A DNA stretch of 64,000 nt from Candidatus Adlerbacteria bacterium (GTDB lineage: Bacteria; Patescibacteriota; Minisyncoccia; Phycocordibacterales; SBAW01), in contig PLCJ01000002.1 in NCBI GenBank assembly GCA_003135635.1, positions 109,451 to 173,450 on the forward strand. The letters are read 5' to 3'. A program made the position numbers and the translations under genes. Positions 39,496-51,397 of this stretch are shown here, piece by piece (within the stretch, counting starts at the first letter, position 1; each line of letters starts with the position of its first letter). The notes below the pieces were generated by a model, which searched no databases, had not been told where the DNA came from, and was given only the letters and a program-made list of their open reading frames with translations.

Positions 39496-39714
39496 TCAAT
39501 ACAGAACTGGTGTCGTATTGCGGTTCGACGGGTCATTGGCCTGAACGATGCCAGCGATGTGCCTGATGCGACAAGGCTCGCTGTCACCGTTATCGAGACG
39601 CTCAACGATGAAAAATTCGCTCTGAGAACCGACCAACGTGATTCTCGCCTGAAACGGCTTTTCGTCGCTCAAAGGTCGTTCGATCAGGACGATGTCACCG
39701 AAATCATAGAACAT
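39496..39714 (-). CDS. hypothetical small protein (72 aa)
   Basis: near-consensus RBS AAGGAGA with a 7-nt spacer; own sigma70-like promoter TTGACA-16-TACAAT; higher GC than the surroundings. Confidence 0.55.
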   Translation of the reverse strand: MFYDFGDIVLIERPLSDEKPFQARITLVGSQSEFFIVERLDNGDSEPCRIRHIAGIVQANDPSNRNTTPVLY

Positions 39715-39764
39715 TTTTTGTCTCCTTTCGTGGAAAACGGTATGTTAAAAGATCATGCGCCCCT

Positions 39765-39792
39765 ATTGTACCATATACAATATACTTGTCAA
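39765..39792 (-). promoter_or_regulatory. sigma70-like promoter for the 72-aa gene
   Basis: minus strand TTGACA (39787-39792), 16-nt spacer, TACAAT (39765-39770). Confidence 0.5.
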
Positions 39793-39915
39793 GTAATACA
39801 AAAAGCCCATAGATAGGGCCATTTAATCAGAACCAAACGATCTTCTACCCCTGCGATGCGGGACTCGGATTTAAACCATACATAAGGTTTTGATACTAAA
39901 TAATGTTCTGAAATT

Positions 39916-39988
39916 GTGGACCCGAGGAGATTCGAACTCCTGACCTCCTCGTTGCAAACGAGGCGCTCTACCAACTAAGCTACGGGCC
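39916..39988 (-). tRNA. tRNA-Ala (anticodon UGC)
   Basis: acceptor GGGCCCG/CGGGTCC with G3:U70; anticodon arm CCTCG-TTTGCAA-CGAGG; T-loop TTCGAAT. Confidence 0.85.
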
Positions 39989-40056
39989 CTCTGGTATACT
40001 GTAGTAAATTATCCACACATTGCAATTCTCTCTAAAATTTTTATACTGAATTTCAT

Positions 40057-40494
40057 ATGTCTTTTTCTGGAAATCGATCAGCGAGTGCGTCTTTCGTATC
40101 CCCGGTCTCTTTTGAAGAGAAGGAGGATCATTTTGTGATACGAAACGGAGTGCGATGTGCGGGCGTGCACCTCATTGTTGATCTATATGAAGCTGAGCGA
40201 CTTGATGACATTAATCATATAGAAAAAACGCTTCGGCAGTGTGTTTTAAAATCTGGTGCTACACTCCTGCATCTACATGTACATCCGTTTGAAATAAACA
40301 ATGGAATCTCAGGGGTCGCTGTTCTCGCCGAAAGTCATATTTCAATTCACACGTGGCCGGAACGGGGCTATGTCGCGCTTGATATCTTCATGTGCGGTAA
40401 TGCAAATCCCGATGCGTGCATTCCTGTGTTGCGTGAGGCATTCAACCCAAAGCGTGTTGAAGTTAAAGAACTACTTCGTGGAAGCACCACATAG
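40057..40494 (+). CDS. speH: S-adenosylmethionine decarboxylase proenzyme (small pyruvoyl-dependent type)
   Basis: signature AESHISIHTWPE (self-cleavage at Ser), 145 aa. Confidence 0.8.
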   Translation: MSFSGNRSASASFVSPVSFEEKEDHFVIRNGVRCAGVHLIVDLYEAERLDDINHIEKTLRQCVLKSGATLLHLHVHPFEINNGISGVAVLAESHISIHTWPERGYVALDIFMCGNANPDACIPVLREAFNPKRVEVKELLRGSTT

Positions 40495-40521
40495 GCGATC
40501 TGAGTTTTTTAGCGCTGTCTC

Positions 40522-40597
40522 GCACCCTTAGCTCAGTTGGTAGAGCACACCCCTCACACGGGTGGGGTCGTAGGTTCGAGTCCTACAGGGTGCACCC
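40522..40597 (+). tRNA. tRNA-Val (anticodon CAC)
   Basis: acceptor GCACCCT/AGGGTGC; anticodon arm CACCC-CTCACAC-GGGTG; T-loop TTCGAGT. Confidence 0.85.
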
Positions 40598-40789
40598 CCA
40601 CTTGCCCCACAGGCAACATTTCACCCCGCACAATAAGCTCTTTGAATAAGGCTTTTTTCGATTCATAATCAGCCTTTCTAATTCTGTCCTACTGACACGT
40701 TATAGGACTCGAACTTTTTTCTATGCAGAGAGCAAAAAACACCTTTCCCCTTACAGGTAATCAGTGTTCTTTGAGACTACACGACACAG

Positions 40790-41491
40790 CTATTCTATAA
40801 AGAGCCCATCTTGCCGGAGTTCATCTTTCATTAGGCGTTCTATTTCTATTTGTTTACTGGCTATGTCCCGTAATCTTGCTAGCGACTGGTCAGTGCAGAT
40901 GTCTTTTATAGATAGGAGGAAAGATGTGAAATTCGGTTGCCCCAGGATTAGGTTTTTTAATCCTCCCCAAATTGACGAATCCTTGATCACAAAAGTTTTC
41001 CATCTTGCGGGTAGTTCTCCACGAAAGACCAGATACTTGTAATCTTCAAGCTTTTTGTGAAGTCCGGAAGAAGCTAGTAGGGTTGCCCTTGCCAGTTGGA
41101 CATTCAGGTTCTTAAGCTTGGTGTTGCTGTTTAGATCATTTCCAACCGCAGATAGATCACCAAAGGCAAAGGTACCCTCCCCACCCGACTTGACCTTCCG
41201 GCATTCATCCCCAGAGATGACACCTTTCGGCAGCACATACATCTCGCCCAGGAGTCTGCCATACGTTTCGCCTTTCCAGTCTCTTATGGTTGCCCAGTCA
41301 GAGGCGTTATTTTGGAGATGAAACCCTAGATAGACAACGAGGATCGAGACTGCGGGAGATAGACACGCCGAGAGAAGTATAGCCAGAGTCGACAGTTTAC
41401 GGAAATTATGCAATGAACTGCTCCCCTCTGGCGAAATAGTAAAGCTATGTGGAAAATTGTCAAAGCTTGAGATTGCTCGGGCGGTAGTCAA
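40790..41491 (-). CDS. hypothetical membrane-anchored protein (uncertain)
   Basis: 233-aa ORF with a TTG start and no visible RBS; one N-terminal TM; longest frame in a GC-rich segment. Confidence 0.35.
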   Translation of the reverse strand: MTTARAISSFDNFPHSFTISPEGSSSLHNFRKLSTLAILLSACLSPAVSILVVYLGFHLQNNASDWATIRDWKGETYGRLLGEMYVLPKGVISGDECRKVKSGGEGTFAFGDLSAVGNDLNSNTKLKNLNVQLARATLLASSGLHKKLEDYKYLVFRGELPARWKTFVIKDSSIWGGLKNLILGQPNFTSFLLSIKDICTDQSLARLRDIASKQIEIERLMKDELRQDGLFIE

Positions 41492-41515
41492 TTAAAAGAT
41501 GTCACGATATAGCTC

Positions 41516-41725
41516 ATGTCTATCGATAAAAAAAGCCTCGCCGAGTTTCGAAAGCTGTACCAGGAAGAGTTCGGAAAGTATTTGTCTGAGGATGATGCGC
41601 GTGAGATGATTACGCGTCTCATCAACCTCTATAAGATTATCTACAGTCCCTTCCCCGGCGAGCACGGCAACAAGCCTACGCCGTTTTCGGAAGATCGGCT
41701 TGATCCCAGTGTTTCTTTGGAATGA
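41516..41725 (+). CDS. hypothetical small protein (69 aa)
   Basis: ORF directly upstream of the NYN gene; a frameshifted paralogous copy lies at 42514-42674. Confidence 0.5.
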   Translation: MSIDKKSLAEFRKLYQEEFGKYLSEDDAREMITRLINLYKIIYSPFPGEHGNKPTPFSEDRLDPSVSLE

Positions 41726-41782
41726 GACCGTATTCCATGATGGGGTAACGAACGAAGATAATCGTGGTATAATCTCTCCTCA

Positions 41783-42403
41783 ATGAGGAGATACGCTTTC
41801 ATTGATGTTCATAATACTGCCAGCACCGCTCAGCAAATGTTGGGAATTGTTATAGATTGGGCTAAATTGTGTGATTATCTAAAAAACAAAAGGTCTTGTA
41901 CTGAAGTTTTCTTCTACACTGGGATTGATCAAGGGGACGCGGAAACTGCTAACGAATTTGAAGCACTCTCTAAAATCAGCTGCTGTATGGTTAGAAGTAA
42001 AGCCGTTTTCGCCTATAAGAATAAGGATAAAGTCGTCGCTCTTAAGTGCGTGAAGTGTGGTAACGAGAACGTCCATATTGTAAATATGGGTTATACAAAA
42101 AAATCCAATTGCGATGTGGAGTTATCTGTAGACGCAATTGAAAAATCAGGCCCAGAAGTCGAGCTAATGATATTTACTGCGGACGGTGATTTTGAATATC
42201 TTATACGCAAAGCCTTAGACAAGGGTGTAATCAAGGTTGAGGTCGTTTCTTATGCAGGTAAAGATATACAAGCTGGGATGACCATATCCAGGTTCTCTAC
42301 AAAGCTAAGAAACTTATTCACTGAAAAACCAAATAAGGTCATTTATACTTCCCTTAGGGACATAAAGGATATAATTAAGAAGACAGTGCCCATTGCTGCT
42401 TAA
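41783..42403 (+). CDS. NYN (LabA-like PIN-fold) domain protein with internal zinc ribbon
   Basis: YAFIDVHN N-terminus, IFTADGDFEYLIRKALDKG block, CVKCGNEN. Confidence 0.7.
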   Translation: MRRYAFIDVHNTASTAQQMLGIVIDWAKLCDYLKNKRSCTEVFFYTGIDQGDAETANEFEALSKISCCMVRSKAVFAYKNKDKVVALKCVKCGNENVHIVNMGYTKKSNCDVELSVDAIEKSGPEVELMIFTADGDFEYLIRKALDKGVIKVEVVSYAGKDIQAGMTISRFSTKLRNLFTEKPNKVIYTSLRDIKDIIKKTVPIAA

Positions 42404-42513
42404 AATGAAAACGCCCCCGCTTGCGCGTGGACGCTCTCGAATGACTTTTCTAGTATACACGCGTCAAGCGAAGATAGCAAACGATTGGGGACAGCCAAAA
42501 TAGACTTTAAAAT

Positions 42514-42674
42514 ATGACTAAAAAAGACCTCCTCGTCCTCTTACACCGGATAGCAGATTACCGAGCAACGTTCCGAACTGCTCCTTGTCCGGCGAGAGCG
42601 GTGAAAAGGCTACGCCGCCTTCGGGAGATCATCGCGACCCCAATGCTTCTTTTCCAAATGCCGAATAATTGCTA
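42514..42674 (+). pseudogene. degenerate, frameshifted paralog of the 69-aa gene at 41516
   Basis: ~75-78% nucleotide identity over ~150 nt to 41516-41725, including the MxxKK start and the CCGGCGAG...CTACGCCG block; the frame is broken relative to the parent. Confidence 0.45.
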
Positions 42675-42815
42675 ATGTTTGGAGAAACTCGGGGTCGCGA
42701 GCGTTGTAAAGAGTTCTAATTCTGTCCAAAGCTCTGCACCGTTAATAAGTCAGCTTTAAATTAAGCCACAAATGCTCTACAATTTTCCTATGGTTTTGAA
42801 TCAACTGTCTGATGT

Positions 42816-43343
42816 ATGGTAACCAAACAACTCCTCGATTACATCCACCAAAATCTTGCTGCCGGACTTACGAGGGCGGATATTGAAAAGGAATTACTTA
42901 CCGCAGGGTGGCAAGCGCAAGATGTTAGTGAGGGGTTTACTGCGATAGTGGTGCCCCCTCCGGTAGCATCCGCTCCAATCCAGCAGGCTCAAGTCTCTCC
43001 CACAGATGACAACGCTGCAGAAGTGGCCCGCATACAGCATGAACTTGAGACGGAGACAAGGCAGCAAAAATATCGCTCTTTGTACCACGGCGCAACCGCA
43101 AAGACTCCCGTAGTTGGAGGTATCATCGGATGGTTAGTTAAGAAAAAAATAGTCGAAGGAGAATCACAAGCCAACATCGCTTTGCTCGGAGTTGCGATTA
43201 TTGCAGTCGTATTGGCAGTTGGTATTTTTATATGGGGCAATAGTAGCGGCTCAAGCAGCACCGTCCTAACCCCGCAGCAGTTACAGGAAATGCAGCATCC
43301 ACCTGACTTAACTACTCCAAGCATTTCAAACACAGCCCCATAA
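42816..43343 (+). CDS. hypothetical protein with C-terminal TM segment
   Basis: 175-aa ORF; helical N-terminal domain; TM (IALLGVAIIAVVLAVGIFIWG); Ser-rich tail. Confidence 0.5.
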   Translation: MVTKQLLDYIHQNLAAGLTRADIEKELLTAGWQAQDVSEGFTAIVVPPPVASAPIQQAQVSPTDDNAAEVARIQHELETETRQQKYRSLYHGATAKTPVVGGIIGWLVKKKIVEGESQANIALLGVAIIAVVLAVGIFIWGNSSGSSSTVLTPQQLQEMQHPPDLTTPSISNTAP

Positions 43344-43348
43344 CGATC

Positions 43349-43843
43349 ATGCAAATCACAAAACGCGGATTCACACTTATCGAACTACTTGTCGTCATTG
43401 CTATCATCGGGCTTTTGGCGAGCATTGTACTTGTGTCACTCAGCGGTGCCAGAGCAAAAGCCTACGATGTAAGTCGTAAAAGCGAATTGAAAGAACTCCA
43501 AGCTGCGCTTGAACTCTATTACAACGATCACAACAGCTACCCCTCTACCAACGGGCAATGGTGGGGTAATAGTCCGAATGGAGGAAATCAGATCAATTGG
43601 ATTCCAGGACTTACGCCTACGTACATCAGCGTATTACCGCAAGACCCGGTGTATACCCCGAGTGCCTGTGGTGGATGGGGAGGAGCGTATCTTTATAATT
43701 CAAACGGTATTGATTACAAGCTGCTTTCACACTGTCCACAGAACTCGAGCGTGGCAAACACACTAACAACCGATCCATTCTACGATCTCGTCCGCCCGAC
43801 TTGGGCGTGGCAAGTAGAGACGCCCGGCGGGGTAAATTGGTAA
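43349..43843 (+). CDS. type IV pilin / pseudopilin (prepilin-type N-terminal cleavage/methylation domain)
   Basis: KRGFTLIELLVVIAIIGLLASIV class III signal with Gly-1/Phe+1/Glu+5. Confidence 0.8.
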   Translation: MQITKRGFTLIELLVVIAIIGLLASIVLVSLSGARAKAYDVSRKSELKELQAALELYYNDHNSYPSTNGQWWGNSPNGGNQINWIPGLTPTYISVLPQDPVYTPSACGGWGGAYLYNSNGIDYKLLSHCPQNSSVANTLTTDPFYDLVRPTWAWQVETPGGVNW

Positions 43844-43955
43844 ATTTGAGAGTTGTTAGAAGCTTTCTTATAGAACTATTTGTGTTGCCTCACCTGGGCC
43901 GGTGCGCTACCGTAAGAAAACACCCGCGTGCACCAAAAACAGACAGTTTGATAAA

Positions 43956-44029
43956 CGGAGTGTGGTATAGTGGCATTACGTACGCTTCGGGTGCGTAAAA
44001 CCCGAGTTCGATTCTCGGCACTCCGACCA
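43956..44029 (+). tRNA. tRNA-Pro (anticodon CGG)
   Basis: acceptor CGGAGTG/CACTCCG; anticodon arm TACGC-TTCGGGT-GCGTA; encoded CCA. Confidence 0.85.
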
Positions 44030-44099
44030 ATTATGCGGAAAGAATGAATGTTTACTCTTGGTTCGTGCTTTATTTGGCGCTATATTACAGACGCAGAAG

Positions 44100-44170
44100 G
44101 GGCCCGTAGTTAAGTGGTAAAACGCTGCATTCGCATTGCAGAGGCGCGAGTTCGATTCTCGCCGGGTCCA
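44100..44170 (+). tRNA. tRNA-Ala (anticodon CGC)
   Basis: acceptor GGGCCCG/CGGGTCC with G3:U70; anticodon arm CTGCA-TTCGCAT-TGCAG. Confidence 0.85.
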
Positions 44171-44288
44171 CTTAGTATAGCTTTTATGAAATGGAAAAGG
44201 GCGCCATGTGAAGTGTTCCGAAGAACTATATCCACTAATGGCACCCAATTTTTTGCTGCGTCTCAACAGGAAGCATCGAGCTAACTGC

Positions 44289-44741
44289 CTACCAGCCACT
44301 GGATGAATGGAAGGGCCACGGTTTTCTTTTTTCAAGTTTCTTTTGTCTCTCTGCCTCGCAAGCCGGCACAAAGACAATTACTGCGAGAACTACGCAGACA
44401 ATAAAGGTCTCCCACCGATCAACTTTCAACCAAAAATACAATGGCCAAGATAGGAATACTCCTGCGAAGAAGAAGCCCACGCTTCCACAAAGTAGACTCT
44501 CGCTTGCGCGCGAGTTATTTGCTGTTTTTCTGGGCCAGAAATCTTTTGCACCCACGAAGCTGTAACCGCCGGCACATACAAAAGTAATTCCTCCCAACAC
44601 CAGCAATATGATAGCTAGCAACGGAAAGAACCACCCCATTCGTAGTAGCACAAGGGGAATGAGAACGAGAAATCCGATGGTCACCCAGAACGACTGAGAC
44701 TTGTAGAAAACCTCTTCTGAGGGTTTTCCCGGTTGGTCCAT
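44289..44741 (-). CDS. hypothetical polytopic membrane protein
   Basis: 150 aa, 4 predicted TM helices. Confidence 0.45.
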   Translation of the reverse strand: MDQPGKPSEEVFYKSQSFWVTIGFLVLIPLVLLRMGWFFPLLAIILLVLGGITFVCAGGYSFVGAKDFWPRKTANNSRASESLLCGSVGFFFAGVFLSWPLYFWLKVDRWETFIVCVVLAVIVFVPACEAERQKKLEKRKPWPFHSSSGW

Positions 44742-45225
44742 TTGCCACTCCTTTCGGGTAGGCTGGTTGTAGCATCCACAACTGGAATAGCATGGTTAGC
44801 CTTATTTTTCAAGTTTTTTGAGTGATCACAATTGACAAGAGGTAAAAATAATTTTCGTACGCGTGAAATGCTTGACGCTATATCTCTGGGCATATATTCT
44901 GTCTTGCAGATGACCGGGCGGGTAAGTTTTGTGCATGTGTCTTAAAACTTGTTTGACCCTTAAAAAAGGTCGACCAAGTAAGTGCACGAAATAAAAATCG
45001 TGATCAGCGTATGAACTACCAAACAGATGGCAACATCTGCAACGTAGGCTCTACGTAGAAAATGATTTAGAAAGTTGACGTGTCACTTCGGTGCCATTGA
45101 CAACAATCCTTATTCGAACGTAGGTGAAGAAACGGGAACAATGATTCCGTCGAGCAATCGATAGAGATCGTTTTCACACTTCGCCGCAGCTTAGAGAGCC
45201 CATCGGTTCACGTCTTTGGGACATC

Positions 45226-46029
45226 TTGGGAGGATTCGACACAGACATGTCGGATCCTTTTTATTTTCATCGTGATAATATTATCTACATGAGTGGTGGC
45301 TTGCATATATCCCTCGCTGCAGAGCGAGTAGGAAGCCTTTTTGGCCTTCCGATAACCAATACGCTTGTTACAGAATGGGTGGTAATCGTTTTTCTTCTTA
45401 TTGTTGGCATAGTGGTGGGTCGCAACCCACAGCTCATACCCGGCAAGATACAGAATTTTTTTGAGATGCTGTTTGAATTCGTGCTTAATTATATGGAAGA
45501 GACGTTCGGGAGCCGCGATCTGGCAGAGCGGTTTTTCCCTCTTATTATAACGATTTTTCTGTTTGTTCTCACTTCAAATTTTTTTGACTTTCTTCCCATT
45601 GTGGGGAGCATAGGCTTTACTCAGCAGGGACAATTTGTACCACTCTTCCGACCAGTCAATACCGATCTCAATGTGACGCTTGCGCTCGCGATCGTTGCGT
45701 ATCTGGTGATTGAAATCACTGGCATTGTGATGCTCGGTTTCTTGAAATACGGCTCAAAGTTTGTTAACTTTAAGACAGGCGTCATCGGATTTTTCATCGG
45801 TCTCATGGAGCTCATCAGCAATACCGCGCGCCTCATCTCGTTCTCGTTCCGGTTGTTCGGTAATATCTTTGCAGGCACCGTGCTTATTGCGGTTATAAGT
45901 TTATTCATACCGCTTATTCTTCCCGTACCGCTTCTAATTTTTGAAACATTCGTTGCGGTGGTGCAGGCGGTTGTGTTCGCACTTCTCACCCTTGTTTTTG
46001 TGAAGGTTGCCATTAGTGAACCCCATTAA
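45226..46029 (+). CDS. atpB: F0F1 ATP synthase subunit a
   Basis: conserved Arg motif LRLFGNIFAG; 5-6 TM; the true start may be the Met at 45289. Confidence 0.85.
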   Translation: MGGFDTDMSDPFYFHRDNIIYMSGGLHISLAAERVGSLFGLPITNTLVTEWVVIVFLLIVGIVVGRNPQLIPGKIQNFFEMLFEFVLNYMEETFGSRDLAERFFPLIITIFLFVLTSNFFDFLPIVGSIGFTQQGQFVPLFRPVNTDLNVTLALAIVAYLVIEITGIVMLGFLKYGSKFVNFKTGVIGFFIGLMELISNTARLISFSFRLFGNIFAGTVLIAVISLFIPLILPVPLLIFETFVAVVQAVVFALLTLVFVKVAISEPH

Positions 46030-46041
46030 TGTAAGAATTAA

Positions 46042-46293
<252 letters not shown>

Positions 46294-46310
46294 GCCCCGC
46301 GAACTTTTTC

Positions 46311-46757
46311 ATGTCCGCAGTCCTTGGCGTATTTGGCATTGATTGGCGATTGCTCGTCATAAATTTGATCAACTTCGGGCTCTTGCTTGGAGTCTTGTGG
46401 TATTTTCTCTACAAGCCCCTCACGCGCATGCTTGACCTGCGGAGAGAAAAAGTAGCGCAAGGGGTACACAATGCCGATCTAGCAGAACGACGCCTACGGG
46501 AGATTGAAGGTGCAGAAACCGCTCGTCTTGCCCAGGCAGCAACGCAAGCGGATACGCTTCTCTCTGAAGCACGCGCTAGCGCGACTCAAAAAGAACGCGA
46601 TATCCTGGCGCGTGGAGAAGCGGCCGCGGCATCGCTTCTTAGTGAAGCGCAGCGTCAGGCTGAGCAAACAAAACGTGAAGCGATAGCGAAAAGCAAAGAA
46701 GAAGTAGCAAAGTTGGTGGTGCTTGGCATGGAGAAGCTTTCTCACACGAGAAAATAA
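46311..46757 (+). CDS. atpF: F0F1 ATP synthase subunit b
   Basis: N-terminal TM followed by a long A/E/R-rich coiled coil. Confidence 0.75.
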   Translation: MSAVLGVFGIDWRLLVINLINFGLLLGVLWYFLYKPLTRMLDLRREKVAQGVHNADLAERRLREIEGAETARLAQAATQADTLLSEARASATQKERDILARGEAAAASLLSEAQRQAEQTKREAIAKSKEEVAKLVVLGMEKLSHTRK

Positions 46758-46761
46758 TTGT

Positions 46762-47022
46762 ATGACCACTTCCGCTACCTATGCACAAGCGCTCTATGAA
46801 CTTACTGAGAATGCTCCGAGGAAGGGGACAAAGTACCTCAAGAATCTGCGCGGGGTACTTACTCGCCGCGGACACGAAAAGCTTTTTCCGAAGATTTTTT
46901 CTGACTACCAGAAACTTATGCTTAAGGAAAAACGTGCCAAAGCACATATCAAGACAACTCCAACCCTTGAACGTACGCGGCTCTTGCTTGAGCTGTATCG
47001 CCGGTTAATTACCACCCCATGA
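46762..47022 (+). CDS. atpH: F0F1 ATP synthase subunit delta (N-terminal domain only, ~87 aa)
   Basis: YAQALYELTE resembles the delta/OSCP N-terminus; position between b and alpha; the track ORF begins at 46723. Confidence 0.6.
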   Translation: MTTSATYAQALYELTENAPRKGTKYLKNLRGVLTRRGHEKLFPKIFSDYQKLMLKEKRAKAHIKTTPTLERTRLLLELYRRLITTP

Positions 47023-48584
47023 ACACATTTATTGAGCAATTTAAAAAAGAAATAGAAGAATTTGTCCCAAGCGCGGGCACCAAGGACGCGGGGTTTGTGA
47101 CGCGGGTAGGCGACGGGGTCGCGGAGGCAGAAGGCTTGGGACACGCGGTTATGGCTGAAATGGTACGTTTTGATACTGCCCACGGTAAGTCGCTTACGGA
47201 GGCGGTTGAAGCGCCAGCAGAAGTCTACGGCTTGGTGCTTAACTTGGAGGAGGAATCGGTGCGCCTGGTTATTCTTGGCGATGCGGGGGCGGTGCGCGAA
47301 GGGATGCCGGTTATTGCAACGGGACAGATACTTTCTATTCCTGTTGGAGAGAGTCTTTTGGGGCGGGTTGTAAGCGCGCTTGGAGAGCCTCTGGACGGAC
47401 AGGGTCCCATCAAAGCGGCGAAGCGCAATTTTATTGAGAGGGAAGCTTATGGCGTCATGGATCGACAACCGGTCAACACGCCACTTCAAACGGGCATCAA
47501 GGCTATTGATTCTATGATTCCGATTGGCCGCGGACAGCGCGAGCTTATCATCGGCGACCGATATACCGGCAAGACCACGATTGCTATTGATACTATTTTG
47601 AGTCAGCTCAACGAACCCGCAGACACGCGTCCCGTGTGCATCTACGTTTCTGTGGGACAAAAAGAATCCAAGACCGCGCGTTTAGTAGCGCAGCTGCGCG
47701 AGCGCGGCGCGATGGAATACACAATCGTTGTTGATGCGGGTGCATCGGTCTCTGCGGCAGTACAATATCTGGCTCCCTTTGCGGGCGCTGCGATCGGGGA
47801 ATATTTTATGGAGCAAGGACGCGATGCCTTGGTTATTTACGATGATCTCTCTAAACACGCCATCGCGTACCGGCAGATTTCTCTTTTGCTGCGCCGACCG
47901 CCAGGGCGCGAGGCCTATCCCGGCGACATCTTTTATCTCCACTCACGACTCCTGGAGCGCGCCGCAAAACTCTCCGAAGAGAAAGGCGGAGGATCGTTAA
48001 CCGCACTTCCCATTATCGAGACGCAGGAGAACGATGTCTCTGCGTACATTCCCACAAATGTTATTTCTATCACCGACGGACAGATCTTTCTTGAGGCGGA
48101 CCTTTTTAATAAAGGTCTGCGTCCTGCAATTAATGCCGGTATATCGGTTTCGCGTGTTGGTTCTGCGGCACAAACAAAGGCGATGAAAAAAGTCTCTGGC
48201 AAGATTCGTCTTGAACTTGCGCAGTTCCGTGACCTTGAGGCATTCATGCAATTCTCCCAAGATCTCGATCCCGAGACAAAAAAACACATCGACTTTGGAG
48301 AGCGTTTGACCGCCATACTCAAGCAAAAAAATGGAGCACCAATGCCTTTTGAGAAACAAGCGGTGGTTATTTATGCAGCAATTAATGGGTATTTTGCACC
48401 CGTTGCGGTTGCTCGGATTCCTGAAGTAGAAGAGAAGTTTCTTGATTTTCTTGACCTGGAAGCAAAAGAGCTTCTTCCCGCTATCAAGAAAGAGCGTGAT
48501 CTGACCGCGGAGCTTGAAGGAAAACTTAAAGAAGCACTTCAGAAGTTTGTAAAGATGCATCCGAATCTTTTTGCAGGCACATAA
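47019..48584 (+). CDS. atpA: F0F1 ATP synthase subunit alpha
   Basis: Walker A GDRYTGKT, DDLSKHA, full alpha-subunit length. Confidence 0.95.
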   Translation: MNTFIEQFKKEIEEFVPSAGTKDAGFVTRVGDGVAEAEGLGHAVMAEMVRFDTAHGKSLTEAVEAPAEVYGLVLNLEEESVRLVILGDAGAVREGMPVIATGQILSIPVGESLLGRVVSALGEPLDGQGPIKAAKRNFIEREAYGVMDRQPVNTPLQTGIKAIDSMIPIGRGQRELIIGDRYTGKTTIAIDTILSQLNEPADTRPVCIYVSVGQKESKTARLVAQLRERGAMEYTIVVDAGASVSAAVQYLAPFAGAAIGEYFMEQGRDALVIYDDLSKHAIAYRQISLLLRRPPGREAYPGDIFYLHSRLLERAAKLSEEKGGGSLTALPIIETQENDVSAYIPTNVISITDGQIFLEADLFNKGLRPAINAGISVSRVGSAAQTKAMKKVSGKIRLELAQFRDLEAFMQFSQDLDPETKKHIDFGERLTAILKQKNGAPMPFEKQAVVIYAAINGYFAPVAVARIPEVEEKFLDFLDLEAKELLPAIKKERDLTAELEGKLKEALQKFVKMHPNLFAGT

Positions 48585-48586
48585 AT

Positions 48587-50880
<2,294 letters not shown>

Positions 50881-50881
50881 T

Positions 50882-51121
50882 ATGCACGTTATCATCGCAA
50901 AAGTGGATGAAGTTTTTTTTGAGGGTGAAGCAGGCTCAGTGACTGCCCCTGGTGCAGAAGGGGAGATGACCCTCCTTCCCAGACATATGCCGCTCATTAC
51001 CACTCTTAAGAAAGGAATTATTACTGTACGGGACGTCAAGCCGTCTGAAGGGGTGCACAAATTTCCTGTTACCGGCGGGATTTTGGAAGTTGATCGCTAC
51101 GGGGTGACCGTAATTCTCTAG
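50882..51121 (+). CDS. atpC: F0F1 ATP synthase subunit epsilon (beta-sandwich domain only, ~79 aa)
   Basis: MHVIIAKVDEVFFEGEA...LPRHMPLITTLKKGIITV matches the epsilon N-terminal domain; no C-terminal helical hairpin; the track ORF begins at 50852. Confidence 0.7.
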   Translation: MHVIIAKVDEVFFEGEAGSVTAPGAEGEMTLLPRHMPLITTLKKGIITVRDVKPSEGVHKFPVTGGILEVDRYGVTVIL

Positions 51122-51158
51122 CTGCCGCTCATTCTTTACGGTAGAGTAGAAAAATAAG

Positions 51159-51231
51159 GGGCCCATAGCTCATTTGGTAGAGCGCATCCATGGCATGGAT
51201 GAGGCGAGGGGTTCGAATCCCCTTGGGTCCA
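51159..51231 (+). tRNA. tRNA-Ala (anticodon GGC)
   Basis: acceptor GGGCCCA/TGGGTCC with G3:U70; anticodon arm CATCC-ATGGCAT-GGATG; T-loop TTCGAAT. Confidence 0.85.
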
Positions 51232-51397
51232 CAAAGTATACACATTTTTGAAATATTTAATCTTGGTTTGCCCTTTATTTTCTGCGAACGTGCACGCTCG
51301 ACCATTTGTACAACTCTTTACACATTGAAAACACGTGTTATTATGTCAATAGAGTACTTGTACCAACAATTCTCTAGCCAATCGAAAGGAATAGTGG

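Noticed and set aside
33476-39714. Apparent similarity between the 172-aa protein (33476-33994) and the 72-aa protein (39496-39714)
   Set aside because: Short matches (IVIV/IVLI, PEREP/SDEKP, VER..GD) occur at inconsistent offsets. This is most likely compositional. They are not claimed as paralogs without a real alignment.
39789-39974. 61-aa minus-strand ORF
   Set aside because: It overlaps the tRNA-Ala(UGC) gene and the promoter of the 72-aa gene, so it is a spurious frame.
40790-41491. Confident call of the 233-aa minus-strand ORF
   Set aside because: It has a TTG start, no RBS, and competing plus-strand ORFs (40764-41042 and 41118-41321) in the same GC-rich stretch. It is kept only as a low-confidence feature.
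51159-51231. Three tRNA-Ala genes all with G3:U70 as anomalous
   Set aside because: G3:U70 is the universal AlaRS identity element, and UGC, CGC and GGC are the normal isoacceptor set. This is expected, not unusual.
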